DNA of 61,333 nucleotides, filler included, from Bipalium vagum (lineage: Eukaryota): NCBI GenBank assembly GCA_037834085.1. It is 3 parts of 3 records of this genome, joined end to end, with 100 filler letters (N's around TTAATTAATTAA, not from the genome) between each part and the next. Parts side by side here need not be neighbours in the genome. Positions count along the whole stretch, not along the records: positions 21,569 to 44,976 come from JBBMKC010209042.1; positions 45,077 to 61,333 come from JBBMKC010120170.1; 1 more part is not named here. One strand, 5' to 3'. Of this stretch, positions 38,829 through 51,322 are shown piece after piece. The first letter of the stretch is position 1. Every line of letters starts with the position of its first letter. The notes under the pieces were generated by a model, which saw only the letters and a program-made list of their open reading frames with translations, ran no database searches and was not told the DNA's origin. Made by a program: the position numbers and the translations under genes.

Positions 38829-40553
38829 CAGTGCTCCAACTAATTATTGCCGCACCTTGAAAATATAATAAATCTTAACTAATTTAAATTTAAATAAATT
38901 TTTTTGATTATTGTATTATGCATGACATATTTGTAAGATTTTAAAATAACTTTTGGCTAAATAATCAACTATTTACTTAACATAAAACTGATTTGTTATA
39001 ATATATCAAATAATTAATTCCAACTAATTATTGCCGCACTAATTTAAAAGTGAAATTATTTAAATATAATTATATAAATTAAACGTTTGTAGATTAAATA
39101 TTAAAAATAAGTACTTCTGAATACTAAAATTTTATAAAAAAATTATTTAGTAAGATGAGTAAAATTGCAAGATTAATCAACACCGAGAATGGAATGATCT
39201 ATGCCTACCATGACGCCGGGAAATCGAACAGATGGATCGGCAGTAAGTTAGGGAAGAATGAAAGTAGTATAAGATACTTTTTGAAGAATAAAAATAAAGA
39301 AAAGAAGAGACGGGGTCCTAAGGCGAAGATTTCCGCAGCAACAAAGGGTTCAATTATTAGGAATGCCAGCAACCAAAGCATATCCTGTGCGAAAATATAA
39401 ATGATATTCAACCTAAATATGTCCGTAGAGAGTATTACATAAATCTGGGACGATCCGATATAAGATGTTGGTAAACCACCTTTGAAGCCACAACATAAAA
39501 TCAATCGTGTCTGCTGGGCTAAAGAGAAAATATCGTGGGTCACCGAATGGGAAAAGGTCATCTGTAGTGACGAGAAGAAGTTTAATTTGGATGGACCTGG
39601 TGGTTACACATATTATTGGCTCGATTTGGGGAAGGAGGAGATATCTTTTTCGAATAGACACACTGGAGGAGGTTCCTTGTTGATTTGGGGTTGTTTCAAT
39701 TACCACGAGAGGTCGACTCTCGCGATTATTACCGGCAGGCTAAATCAATTTGATTATCAAATTCTTTTAGGAAAACATTTACTTTCCTTTATGAATAATT
39801 TAAGCGGAGACAAACCAATTTTCCAACAGGATAATTGTCAATGCCATGTTGTACGCTCCACTTCTTAATAGCTACAAGACAAAAATATCCATGTTATGTC
39901 TTGGCTGCCCTATTTACCAGACCTGAATCCCATAGATAATCTTTGGAGGATACTAACACTTCGGGTATATGCTAATGGGAAAAAATATGAATCAATTTCA
40001 GAGCTGTAAAGAGAGGTAATTTGCTGTTGGGAAGAAATCGATAACACCGTCCTGCGAGCACTGGTAAATTCTATGCCAAATAGAATTTATGAATTGATTT
40101 ATTCCCATGGAAGTTCAACTAAATATTAAAAATCGAAAAATAATTCAAAATGTATTTTTTTTGTTATGATATACGTCTTTTGTAAATATGCGGCAATAAA
40201 ATATTGGTATTTTTTAGTTAATTTTTCATTTTTTTAAAATTTTTTTCATTATATTTTTTTTGTATATATATTTACAACAACGCCGACAACAATGAAGACA
40301 GCTCCCCATTAGACAATTGTGATGAAGATCTATTATGAGCTATTGATTTTAGGAATAACTATCTGTGATACTTAACCATATTCAGTGATATTATCTTGTA
40401 TAAAGATCTTAATTGTATTTATCTAGCTAGTAAATTTGTTTTTGAAATAAAATTTTGTATATATTACTTATATATAAATATTAATAACTTTGTAGCTTCT
40501 ACAAACAAAAAATATGAATTTTCTTAATGCGGCAATAATTAGTTGGAGCACTG
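38829..40553 (+). mobile_element. Full-length Tc3-like (Tc1 family) transposon with IR/DR ends; disrupted transposase 39155-40129
   Basis: 26-bp TIR cagtgctccaactaattattgccgca at both ends with TA TSD. Inner repeats at 39019 and 40189. Motifs CSDEKKFNLDGPGG, FQQDNCQCH, PDLNPIDNLW; stops and frameshift. Confidence 0.95.
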
Positions 40554-40591
40554 TATAATTAGAAATTTTATTATTTTAAATTATATTAATA

Positions 40592-41877
40592 TCAGGTAAC
40601 GAATTAATTTTTATCGTTTTTTAATTAAAAACTAAACTAAGACTGAAGTTAAATTTAATTTATTAATCATAAAATATTATTAAAAAAATTAATCATCCAG
40701 ATATTTCCCATCTTTTTCCATTACTGCCTCCCATCTAGTTAGAAGTTTCTTGATCCCAATATTAAAGAAATCTGGATTTTTTGAATGAAAGAAAGAAAGT
40801 ACTTCGTTCTTTATACCTTCGGAACTCTTACAATTTTTAACCATCGAGTGATTCTGTAATATCCGGAACAAATAAAAATCGTATGGGGCGATATCAGGAC
40901 TATATGGTGGATGTTCCATTAGAGTCCAGTTCAATTCCTAAATAACCTTCAATGTCTTCATTGATTTGTGAGGCTTCGCATTATTTTGGTGAAAATCACT
41001 TGTTTTCGGTTTATCAAACTGCACCGGTTTTCCTTCATAATGGAATGAACTCTTCTTAGCATGTCGCAATAGACATCAGAATTAATGGTTTCCCCGGATT
41101 TGAGAAACTTCTGATAAATAATTCCACAAGAATCCCACCAAATGCATAAAAACTTTGTTTCGTGTAAAGTTTCGTTTTTCAATTTTTTGTGGAGGCTCTA
41201 TTTTCAACGACCACGATTTTCGTCTGGTTATGTTGTCATGATAGATCCACTTTTCATCGCAAGTGACTATCCGGTCGAAAAAACGGTCATTTCAGTTTTT
41301 TTCGAGAAGTGTTTAAAAATTTTCAATGCGATCGAACTTGTTTTTTCAGCTAGTTTGTGGGGAACCCATTTGTCCAGTTTAAAAGTGAATTCTACGCTTG
41401 CAGTCGGTTTCTTATGACCATATCGCTTATATTTAACTCAGAAGTGGCTTGCTTTGCACTAATTGATCTATTTTGTTCAAGAAAGTCCATAATGTGGTAA
41501 TCCTCCAAGTCTTTTGGCCTTCCAGATCTCTCTTTGTCTTCAATGAAAAATCGCCACTATTGAATTTTTTGAACAAATTTTGCACTGTTCCTTCACTAAG
41601 CACCTCGTTAAGTTTTGAGACAACTTCATTTGTGCTTGTATTATTTTTCCATTCGTAATAAATAATTTCTCGAATTTAGGATTTGTCCAGCGAACTTTTG
41701 GAGCACCTATTCCACAGGATAATGGTTGATAACATTAATTATACAGTAAATCTGAAACTCACTTGTTTAAGCAGCAAACTAAAACAAAAAAAATTTAAAT
41801 CAGTAGATAAATGAGAATCACGGGGGATAACAAATTTAAACTACTGATAAAACGAAAAACCTTAGTTCGTTACCTGA
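40592..41877 (-). mobile_element. Full-length (1286 bp) mariner element, inactive
   Basis: TIRs tcaggtaacgaa.. / ..ttcgttacctga with TA TSD; WVPHKL, IVTCDEKW, HPPYSPDIAPYDF; frameshifts. Confidence 0.95.
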
Positions 41878-41966
41878 TATAATTAAACAGGTTTATATCA
41901 TTGTTTATATTTATTTATATAGTATAATACTTGACAATTTAATTAATATCATTTTTTAAAATTTAG

Positions 41967-42135
41967 CTGAAGTACAAAAAGATATAAAAGTTAAACAAGC
42001 GTCAATTACTTTACCTAAGCCTATTGATAATGATGAAGGATTTGGATTTGTGGCAAGAGGAGGATATTGTAAAGATCCATCAAAGATGAGACCCTTGACC
42101 ATTATGCATGTAAGACCAGGATCAGTTTCCGAAAG
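41967..42135 (+). CDS. GRIP: GRIP exon, PDZ2 N-half
   Basis: (T)EVQKDIKVKQASITLPKPIDNDEGFGFVARGGYCKDPSKMRPLTIMHVRPGSVSE(R) vs GRIP1 [40 protein letters not shown]; atttag / gtaaat. Further GRIP exons are not seen before the join. Confidence 0.9.
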
Positions 42136-42837
42136 GTAAATAACAAATTTAAGTTTCTGAATTTTATTTCTATTTTAACTTGAGTTTTATGAAAATTATT
42201 TTGTACTAAGACTTAAATACTAAAAACTTAAATATTTTTACAATTTGTTCTAACCATAAAATCAATAATTAACATTTTGAAAAATTACATTTACTTTCAC
42301 ATTAAATTTCTTTTAATAAGTATATATTTAAAACGAGGACATAGTAATTATAAAATCTTTCTCAATATAAATTTCAATTAAAATATTTTAATGCTTTGGA
42401 ATAATGTTATAGCGCGTCAAAACATATGGAAATATAGAAGTCTTGAAAAAAATTTCAATTGATTAAACAATTAATATGAAGTTTTTAATTTAGTTCAATA
42501 AAATCTTGTGAATGTCTAAAGTGTTCGAGTAATGTTTTAAATTGTTTTAAAAAAATAATTATAAATCTTATATAACTTGATTTGACAATATTCACCAAAA
42601 AATATTTAATAATATTAATTCTAAATAATTATTATTAAATGTAATAATATCAAAATTATGACACTGTCAAAATTTAAATAAGTTTCTCAAAATTAAAAAT
42701 TTATCGGTTTTGAATTCGTAATACTTTGATAAAATAGGGCTCATATTAAAGGCTTAAATCTAAAGAAAATACATTAGAAAAAGAAATATAAATGATTAGA
42801 GTTAAAAAGAAGAATCGATTATAATTATATTAAAATA

Positions 42838-43854
42838 TTAGGTGTGTGAATAAGTAACCGAAATCAGACAAAAACTTTCACCGTTTTAAAATGCTTGATA
42901 TTATATAAATAATACATATGTTATTTGAAAATATCAGTATTTATCTATCAAATTTAAATGTAAGAATGATTTGTTTAAATATTCTTCTTTAGTTAATCTA
43001 GGATGCAAAATTTTGCAAATTGGAGAAAAAGTAGCATTTGCGGAAAGTTTTGTTAGGGTACTTAATCTCCAAGAAGATTGTTACTGAGAGTCACCGTTTA
43101 TTAGAGGGATCAAATGGGAAAGATGCTTTGTAGAAAAACAATGTTTTGAATGGTTTCATCGGTTTAAAAATGATGATTTCAACATCAAGGACGATGATCG
43201 ATTTGGCCGCCCGATGGAGTTTGAAGATGAAGAATTGAAGTCTTTGTTCAGCCAAGATTCATGTCAAACGCAAGACTAAATGTCAATATCATTGTAAGTC
43301 GATCGTTCTACCATGGCCAAACGTTTACAAGCAATGGGTATGATTCAGAAACTAGCAAGACGGGTTCCATACGAATTTGGACGAAACGTCGTTTGCGTAT
43401 CTGTGGATCGCATTGTAACGGGCGATGAAAAATGGATATACTACAGTAATCATAAGCGAAAAAGATCATGGGAAGAGCCCGGCCATACTTCTACATCAAC
43501 AGCCAAGCGAAACATTCAAGGTCAAAGGTCATGCTATCCATTTGGTGGGATCAGTTAGGTATACTTTATTATGAGTTATTGCTACCAATTGAAACATTCA
43601 AAGCAGATCGCTATCAACTTCAATTGATGCATTTAAGCCAAGCAATAAAGGACAAACGCCAATATTATTCCAAATCGCATGATAAAATTATTTTGTTAAA
43701 TTACAATGCTTGGTCGCATGTTTCGAAACTAGTTACTAAATATATAGAAATCCTTGGATAGGGAATCTTACCTCACCCGTCGTACTCCCCAGATATTGCT
43801 CCTTCGGATTACCACCTGTGACTAAAAAAACGGTTATAATATTCACACACCTAA
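42838..43854 (+). mobile_element. Mos1-like (mauritiana) mariner with internal deletions
   Basis: TIRs ttaggtgtgtgaata / tattcacacacctaa with TA TSD; KRLQAMGMIQK, RIVTGDEKWIYYSN, KVMLSIWWDQLG, PHPSYSPDIAPSDYHL. Confidence 0.92.
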
Positions 43855-44230
43855 TATCGAAATGTTTTCTTTTAAAAAATCAAAGTTTCTAAATGGGATA
43901 AATAAGGTTAGATCAAAAGTTTATACATTTAATTAAAATATCCAAATTGTACTTGTACCATCTAATAATTCTTTTGTTCAGAATTCAACCAAAAAACCGA
44001 GTTAATTTTTTTTTCTAAATGCATCTGATGCTTTTAGTCTATTTTTCATTCATGAATTTATTTATTATTATAAAACAAATCTGAGAATAATATTTTTAAT
44101 TTCATAATATTTTACAATTAATATTGTTATAAAAGAATTCCCAAATTTTATATTGATAAATGAAAATTAATTTTTTTATAGTATGTCCCAAAAAACCATT
44201 ACCGAAAGATTTTTAAAACATGTCCATATA

Positions 44231-44976
44231 TTAGGTTGTCTAATAAATTCGTGCCGTTTTTTTCGATGTCGTTTTCAATGACATTAGATGCATCTATTAT
44301 TAATTTAATTTAATATTTAAATAGACAAATCAAGTGTTTGTTATTTATTAATAGTTGTTTTAACTCATTAGTTTTTAATTTAGTTTTACATGAAATTCAA
44401 AATGGATATCCAATTCAATTCAAAATCGGACACGTTCTTCTATACCAGTTTAATTGCCATGTTAATGCAACCCAAGCTGCCCGAAACATAAATACCGTGT
44501 ATGGAGAAGGTACCATGTGTTGTCGGGCAGCACAAAAATGGTTTTCTAAATTTAAGAAAGGCGATTTTAGCCTTAACGATGCTCCTCAATTCGGACGTCC
44601 ATCTCATTTCAGTGAAGAGTGTCTCAGCTCTCTTCTAAAAGCTGACAATCGCCAAACTATTTAATGGGAATTGCTGAAAAGAAATGTTAACGGCCGCAAT
44701 TTATGTGCAACAATTAAAACGTGTAGCCCTAGCTATTAAACAAAACAGACTAAATTCAAAGCATAAGTTGATTTTGCAGCATGACAACGCCCGACCGCAT
44801 GTTGCCAACATGACGATATCGGCCATTCAGGAATTTAATTGGGAGGTATTACAGCATCCCCATATTCACCAGACATCGCGCCTTCTGATTTTTACCTGCT
44901 TCGAGCAATAGCAAACGATCTCCGTGGTGTGACATTCGATAGTGATGAAGACGTCCGGATTTGGCTCGAAGAGTGG
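44231..44976 (+). mobile_element. mariner element, internally deleted, cut by the join
   Basis: TA + ttaggttgtctaataa TIR; AARNINTVYG, KWFSKFKKGDF, LQHDNARPH, YSPDIAPSDFYL. Confidence 0.9.
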
Positions 44977-45076
44977 NNNNNNNNNNNNNNNNNNNNNNNN
45001 NNNNNNNNNNNNNNNNNNNNTTAATTAATTAANNNNNNNNNNNNNNNNNNNNNNNNNNNNNNNNNNNNNNNNNNNN
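44977..45076. other. Artificial contig spacer N44-TTAATTAATTAA-N44
   Basis: Same 100-bp six-frame-stop linker as 21469-21568. Confidence 0.97.
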
Positions 45077-45222
45077 TAAATGTTTTTCGTTGTACCGTGA
45101 TATTAAACAGGTCGTGATATTAAGCGAGGTGATATTAAACGGGTTACACTGTATCACTTTAAAAGGGTCCGATTAATTATATCGTTATATCCAGAAAATC
45201 GTATTAACCAACTTTCACTGTA
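45077..45222. mobile_element. Two adjacent pogo/Tigger-type termini
   Basis: Three gtgatattaa(a/g)c subterminal repeats then ..ttacactg-TA (45151); second ..tttcactg-TA near 45220. Confidence 0.55.
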
Positions 45223-45463
45223 ATATATTTAGATAGATAAAAATGTTAATAAAAAACAAAGACATCAGTAATATTTATTTAAATGATGTACAAAAGTAAC
45301 TAATCAAAACTTACCATTTCTTTTTATATGACAATTCGCCAATATAATTTTCTAAATCATTATTTTAATTTGTTCCTATTTTCTCAATATAAATAATAGG
45401 GATGCACAAAGTTAAAAAAATTTCATTTTGTTATGTTATTTTTGATGAATAAAAATATTTTTA

Positions 45464-46060
45464 GAGTTAAAAAACTGATTTATGGTTACATATGTTAGTT
45501 AATACGTTTTAGAGAGAATATTGTTTAAATTGACTGACGAAGATCTTGGAAAGAAATATTTAAGACATCGAATAAATGATTCCAAAATGAAAACATAAGT
45601 CTTGATGACTTCAAAATGTGTGCCAGGCGGTCATTGGTGGAAAATCAAAATTTGATACAATTGATTGAATCAGATCAGGAGCAAAGTTTTGAAAAGTTAG
45701 CTCATAAGATGTCAGTCAGTAGAAAAATCATAAGAGACTATTTATTTGAAACCAGAAAGTCTTTTTGTCCATATATTTAGATACCATAGAAAATAAGTGA
45801 AAATCAAAGATCTTTAAGGATTCCACTTAAAAATTCAATTTTGATTTTTAAGGAAAAGTTATTTATGTATGTATAAAAATTCACATAAAGAAAACAACGG
45901 CTAAATCCGGATCAATCAGTGCTTCCCATTCAAAAACCAAATTTTCATATAAAAAAATCATTACTATTTATTTGGTGGTATTTTAAGGAACCATTGCATA
46001 TGATACTGTTGGAATGGGAACAAACGATTAACAATGAATTATAAATAATAGAAACAGAAA
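45464..46060 (+). mobile_element. Highly decayed mariner remnant
   Basis: LNPDQSVLPIQKPNFHIKKSLLFIWWYFK resembles the mariner K..LH.KKVMLCVWWD region. Confidence 0.5.
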
Positions 46061-46375
46061 ATGCACACTTCGAGATTTAAGGTAAAAATTTTGAAAAATT
46101 CACCACTTCACTTCCTAGATTGTCACATGTGTTAAATACTTCTTAAGAGATTAAACTTACAAAAGTTTAGAAGATACGAAATTGAACTGCTCTAAGTATT
46201 TTGATGAAAACCAACACAAATCTGGCATGGATGGGATTAATTCTTTGGTGAATATATCGCAAAGGTTATTAAAAATTATACCAATAATAAATGATGGTCT
46301 TCTTGATAATAAATAAAATAGTCTTGATTTTGACATAAAATCTTCTCATTACTTTTCTGCACCCTTAATATTATA

Positions 46376-46460
46376 CAGTAAAATCTGTCAATAATGGGCA
46401 CCACTGCGACCGAACATTTAGTCCAAAATATATAGGTGTACAAATTAACAGGTTTCACTG
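46376..46460. mobile_element. 85-bp pogo/Tigger-type MITE
   Basis: TA-cagtaaaatctgtcaa ... ttaacaggtttcactg-TA (16-bp TIR, 3 mismatches). Confidence 0.7.
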
Positions 46461-46723
46461 TATTTATAATCCTATAAAGACAGGAACGAATGGTTCAAAA
46501 CATCGAAGAATATTTTATTTCACTTCATTTAGAAGCGAAGCTCTAACTTTTATTTGATTTCATATTATTGTGTACTGTATAAAAATGTCAAATTTTAAGA
46601 GATACCCCAGAATTATTTACCATCATTCAATGTTTTAATTTACTCATTAGGAACATTAGGAAATATCTGAAATATTATTTCAAAACAATTTTGCAAAAAT
46701 ATTATTTTAATTAATTTGTCCAG

Positions 46724-46912
46724 AAATTACAAAAGGAACAATTTAATCGAAGACAACGGCAAGATAGGTGGAAAAAGGATGCTTTAGAAGACAGGGATAT
46801 GGATTTTAAGAAGGACAGTGTTGATAAGCCTTCTCGTCCCAATTTAGACCGTTCAATTTCCTTAGAGTTGAAGCCTGCTGATGTGAGATATGATGATCTT
46901 TTTATGGAGGAG
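46724..46912 (+). CDS. Internal exon of an unidentified gene (KLQKEQFNRRQRQDRWKK...RPNLDRSISLELKPADVRYDDLFMEE)
   Basis: tttgtccag acceptor, gag|gtaagt donor, 189 nt open, coding-like composition. Confidence 0.75.
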
Positions 46913-47163
46913 GTAAGTACCATGTATTTAAAAACACGTTTCAAAATATTTGAATGTTTATATTATTACTTCTTTTCGAGAATCATGAAAATAAAATTAT
47001 AATTATCATTATAAATGTGTATAATTATAATAATAATTACTTAGTAATTAGTAATAATAATTAACAGTCAAAAGAAAATAATAATTAATTATAATAAAGT
47101 CAAACTGAACCGGGTCTGTTCTCAAATATTTATTATAAAATTAATTAATATTTAATTTTTTAG

Positions 47164-47208
47164 GAAATCTTTTGTCCGAGCACAAATATCAATTCAATTC
47201 CGACAAAC
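47164..47208 (+). CDS. Penultimate exon of the same gene (EIFCPSTNINSIPTN)
   Basis: ttttttag acceptor, gtattt donor, 45 nt, phase 0 at both ends. Confidence 0.55.
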
Positions 47209-47251
47209 GTATTTTATTTATTTATTTTACGGATAATTCTTATTTTTCCAG

Positions 47252-47332
47252 ATGATCACCTTTAAACCGCAAATATTTTCTAATGAGGATGAAACGGAAA
47301 ATAATTCCAATATTGATGAAACCACCAATTGA
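47252..47332 (+). CDS. Terminal exon of the same gene (MITFKPQIFSNEDETENNSNIDETTN*)
   Basis: tttttccag acceptor after a 43-nt intron; TGA at 47330-47332; aataaa ~20 nt downstream. Confidence 0.6.
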   Translation: MITFKPQIFSNEDETENNSNIDETTN

Positions 47333-47989
47333 GTTACGAAAAAAGAAATTTTAATAAAATATGTTTCTATTTTAATTTTTTACTTTAACTAACTATTTTA
47401 TTCAGTAACTTTTCATTTTAAAAGCCAAAGTTAACAAATATCATTATTAATATTTATAGTCTAGTTATATATTAATACTTTAAGTGCTAATCCGACTCGT
47501 TTTATTTTAAATGGTTAGGCTAAATATTAATCCTGTGTGCAAATCAAATTTAAATAAGGAATAAGAAATATCTGTAGAAAGAAAATAAATTTTTTAATCA
47601 AAACTTAATTACTGATATACAATTGGTCAACAAGATGCTGGATAAATACTTAATTATTGATGTCAAAGTCCCATTTGAATTTGAGGTCTCTGTCAGAGTT
47701 AATGACGAACCAAACAATTATAAGTATCAGATTATACTGGACGAACACAAACTAAATTGGAAGAAAATATCAGAAAATTTATAATCGGATTCTGATAATC
47801 GTGTACCCCGTTAAAATATCAAACACTCAGAGTATTATGATTTAAAAAACAGTAATCTATATAAATATATAAAAATTTAGGTCGTCATCATCACCCATAA
47901 TATTATGAAAAAAAGTTGTAACCAGAGCCGATACAATCACCTAAAATTTCCCATGTCAATGACGACCTATCCTTGATTTGAAAATAATA

Positions 47990-48660
47990 ATTTAAAGTAT
48001 GCTTTACAAAAGGCAAGGATGACTTTAAATATTTTTGTACTTGGTTAAAACTTTTTAATGAATCTTTAATTGAAGAACAAAGGAATATTGTTTTGACTTT
48101 GGATAATGTACCCGTACCCATAATATTGATTTATTGTTCATACCACCAAAGACTTCTTCAAAAATTCAGGCATTATGTCAAGGTATAAGTTGGTTTTCTA
48201 AGCAGCAGGATAAAGATTCTGTTCAGAAATTTAATTTTTGAGTCGGAAACCACAAATACTGATCATGAATTGGGAGTTTAAAATGTTAAATTTATAAACA
48301 CAGTTCATATCACAACACAAGCATGGGAGAATGATTCTATTGTGCTAATTATTAATTCCTTCAACCATTCTATCAAAAATGCAGATCGATTAAACCGAGA
48401 TAACAATTAATATGAGCGATCATAATGACTTTCCGCCATATGATCCATTATAATATGACGATAATGACTTTATTTCAAAGATTAATGCGAAAATTTCAGA
48501 TGGTAGTTACTTTTTAAAGGAACCAGTACAGAATTTTACGATTTCAAAATGATGCATATTTTACAGTTCAGAAATAAGACATTTTTTTCTGAAAAATATT
48601 ACTGATAAATTGAAAATAAATAAGTTAAAGATAAATTTTTAGCCGACAGAAAATCACTAA
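47990..48660 (+). mobile_element. pogo/Tigger DDE_1 transposase remnant
   Basis: RNIVLTLDNVP and FIPPKTSSKIQALCQGI (cf. LPPNTTSKLQPLDQGII). Confidence 0.65.
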
Positions 48661-49908
48661 ATCTTACGACGATTGATTACGCAATTATGAATTAAAAACG
48701 TTTTGTTTTTTCATTGGATAATAATAGACAGATCTGACTGTAACTGGTTTTATTTTTTGTATTTACGCAATAAAAATGTCAGCAAATGTCAAAATGTTAT
48801 GCAATTAATTATAAGGAAGAAAACAACTAACCGAAACTGCATTTCAACCAGTTTGTCTCATAATAGAAACTCAAATAAAACCATGTTCGTTCTTAGTGCC
48901 AGTGAAACGATATGATTCACGGTCAAATGACTTTAATAATATAAAAAATAATTCAAACTGAGCACACAATTTATACAAATAATCAAATAGTTTTAAGTAA
49001 TAGTCAATCGTGAATCAAATCAAATGAAATTTAATGGCATAAAATATCGAAATGAACAGAAACAATAGCTTAGTTCGAGACCCACGATGTCTAATGCTTA
49101 CAAAACAAAATTCCTTCCAGGCTGCATTAACTGCCCACTAGAGCAACTCGTCTTGTTAGAGCTTCAACGACATACTGCAGTTCTCTGCTATAATTAGGAC
49201 TTATTTTAGAGGTTCTGTTGGATTCCTGTGTTTTACATTTATATTAAACGTCACATTAATTTTATTTATTTTTTTAAAACATCGACATTTAGGCCTTTTA
49301 ATTAACAAGAAAAATAATTGATTAGTGACAATTTCATATTTGTAGCATAATTATGAAGACATCAAATAGTAACTGGTGGAACGGATATTTATCCCAGGTA
49401 TTGATAAGTTGTGAAAAATATGGACAAATGTTTCATCTAACAATGGGAAATATTGTTTATTAAAATTTAATAATATGTTTTCAAAAAAGTGTTCTGATTT
49501 CTTAAGAATCCGCAGAATTAACTGCTACATCTAATAAATATTCATTTTACTTTAAAGATACATGATATAATTCGAATCAGCTTTCCTCTGTTAAGGTAAT
49601 TAATTTAATAATATTTGATAATAAATAATATATAGAATATAAAATGGAAAGATTTTATTAATAAAAAATAAAATATTCATATACTGACATAAAGTTATTT
49701 TCTGATCAATATTTTGTGTCCCCACAATATTTCTCTTTTATTAATTATCTGAAATTTTATTTATATTTTAAAATTTGATGTTTCATTTCATCAATTGGCA
49801 GGAAATAGAAGTAACATTGATATTGTTTTTTTCATAATTTCCGTCAATTTCAGTAACAAGTTTCTGTAAACAGATTCTCGTTAAAGCATCTGTTTTCTCT
49901 TTATTGTT

Positions 49909-50040
49909 NNNNNNNNNNNNNNNNNNNNNNNNNNNNNNNNNNNNNNNNNNNNNNNNNNNNNNNNNNNNNNNNNNNNNNNNNNNNNNNNNNNNNNNNNNNN
50001 NNNNNNNNNNNNNNNNNNNNNNNNNNNNNNNNNNNNNNNN
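49909..50040. other. Assembly gap (132 N)
   Basis: Plain N run with no linker. Confidence 0.97.
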
Positions 50041-50672
50041 AATTTTAAAATTGACACAAAATCCACTAGGATTTTATCAAAGTTACTTTTTAACTTATTA
50101 TATAAAATTTTAATAATTTTTTATTTTAAATAAAATAATAATTTTCTCAGTACTGTTTTCCAGGTTTCGGTTGTTGGTGATATTTGTCAGTTGGAATCGT
50201 TTAATAATTTATGAATAAAGGAAATTTCATTTACTCTGAAAACTGCCCGAACCCATTTACTTCCCTTTTATTAAAATTCAATATTCTTAATTTATTGACG
50301 TTATATTCCTTAAATCATACATGGAATTTTCAGCGAAGTCGGCCAAATGTGAATTTATGATGATCTATATGTAAATTTACAAAATTTAATTTTTATGTAA
50401 ATTAATTAAAACAATAAATATATTCTGAAGATATCATAATTATTCGTTTTCATACGAAAATCCCACAATAGGTCAGATTTAAATAATTATTTTAATTTTT
50501 TCTAAATATTTATCAATTTAATATTTTTATGCAAAATAACAAATTACCAAATATAAAATATTATTTTTATTTTATTAAAAAATAATACTTTCTTTGCCTA
50601 TTTTATAAGTTAAAAATGTTGAAATTAAGAAAAATAATAATTGAATATTTTATTGAATTTATCCTTACTTTA

Positions 50673-51322
50673 CAGGGTGTATAAAATGTACGTATCAGAT
50701 TGTGGGTCAATTTAATTTTAAATGTTTTGAAAATTTTTTTTTTTATGAAAAATTATGTAAGCGTTTAATTATTTAAAGTTAAAATGATCAGAATCAGATA
50801 AAAAAGGAACCGAAAAAAATTTTCAGATTTATAAAGAGCGTCCTATGATATCTGACGAAATGCTGCTAAAAAGAACTAAGTTTATGAAAAAGAACATAAT
50901 TTGTCTTAGAACAAGATCAAAATTAACTTCTCAACAGGATGGAACTCCTGCTCATAAATTATTATTGAAGTTAGAATTTTTTTAAACAGTACATTTAACA
51001 GAAAGTGGCTTGGGAGAGAAGGACTATTTAATTGGGTTGCTGGATTACCAGATTATTTTTCAATAGATTATTTTCTTTGGAGATACCCAAAATAACAAAT
51101 TGGGCAGCTAAGCTATCACCACAAAATTTTAAACATTCTATGACATTTTTTTCATTCATAAATTACAATATTGTATTAGTATTAATTGATGCTCTGTTGA
51201 AAAATATTAATTTTTTATAAATGTATTCAATATTTCATTGCTTCAAAGATTTATAGTGTTAACCTCAGTATATTTAACAGTATTAAATTTTAAAATCCGA
51301 TACTTACATTTCACACACCCTG
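50673..51322 (+). mobile_element. Internally deleted DUF4817/DD37D-type element
   Basis: TIRs cagggtgtataaaatgtacgtatcaga / tccgatacttacatttcacacaccctg; QQDGTPAH, KWLGREG..W, DYFLW. Confidence 0.8.

Noticed and set aside
39925-39945. DLNPIDN as a novel DD34D Tc3 variant
   Set aside because: One base from the canonical PIEN in a copy with multiple inactivating mutations; most likely decay.
45097-45142. Short spaced repeats as a CRISPR-like array
   Set aside because: Eukaryotic context, spacers of only a few bases; they are subterminal repeats of a pogo-type end.
46724-47332. Continuation of GRIP
   Set aside because: Lies beyond an artificial join, enters in phase 0 whereas GRIP exits in phase 2, and has no PDZ similarity.
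49064-49250. tRNA-like tagcttagttcgagac and the adjacent GC patch
   Set aside because: No cloverleaf; the patch reads more like a non-LTR RT scrap and is too degraded to call.
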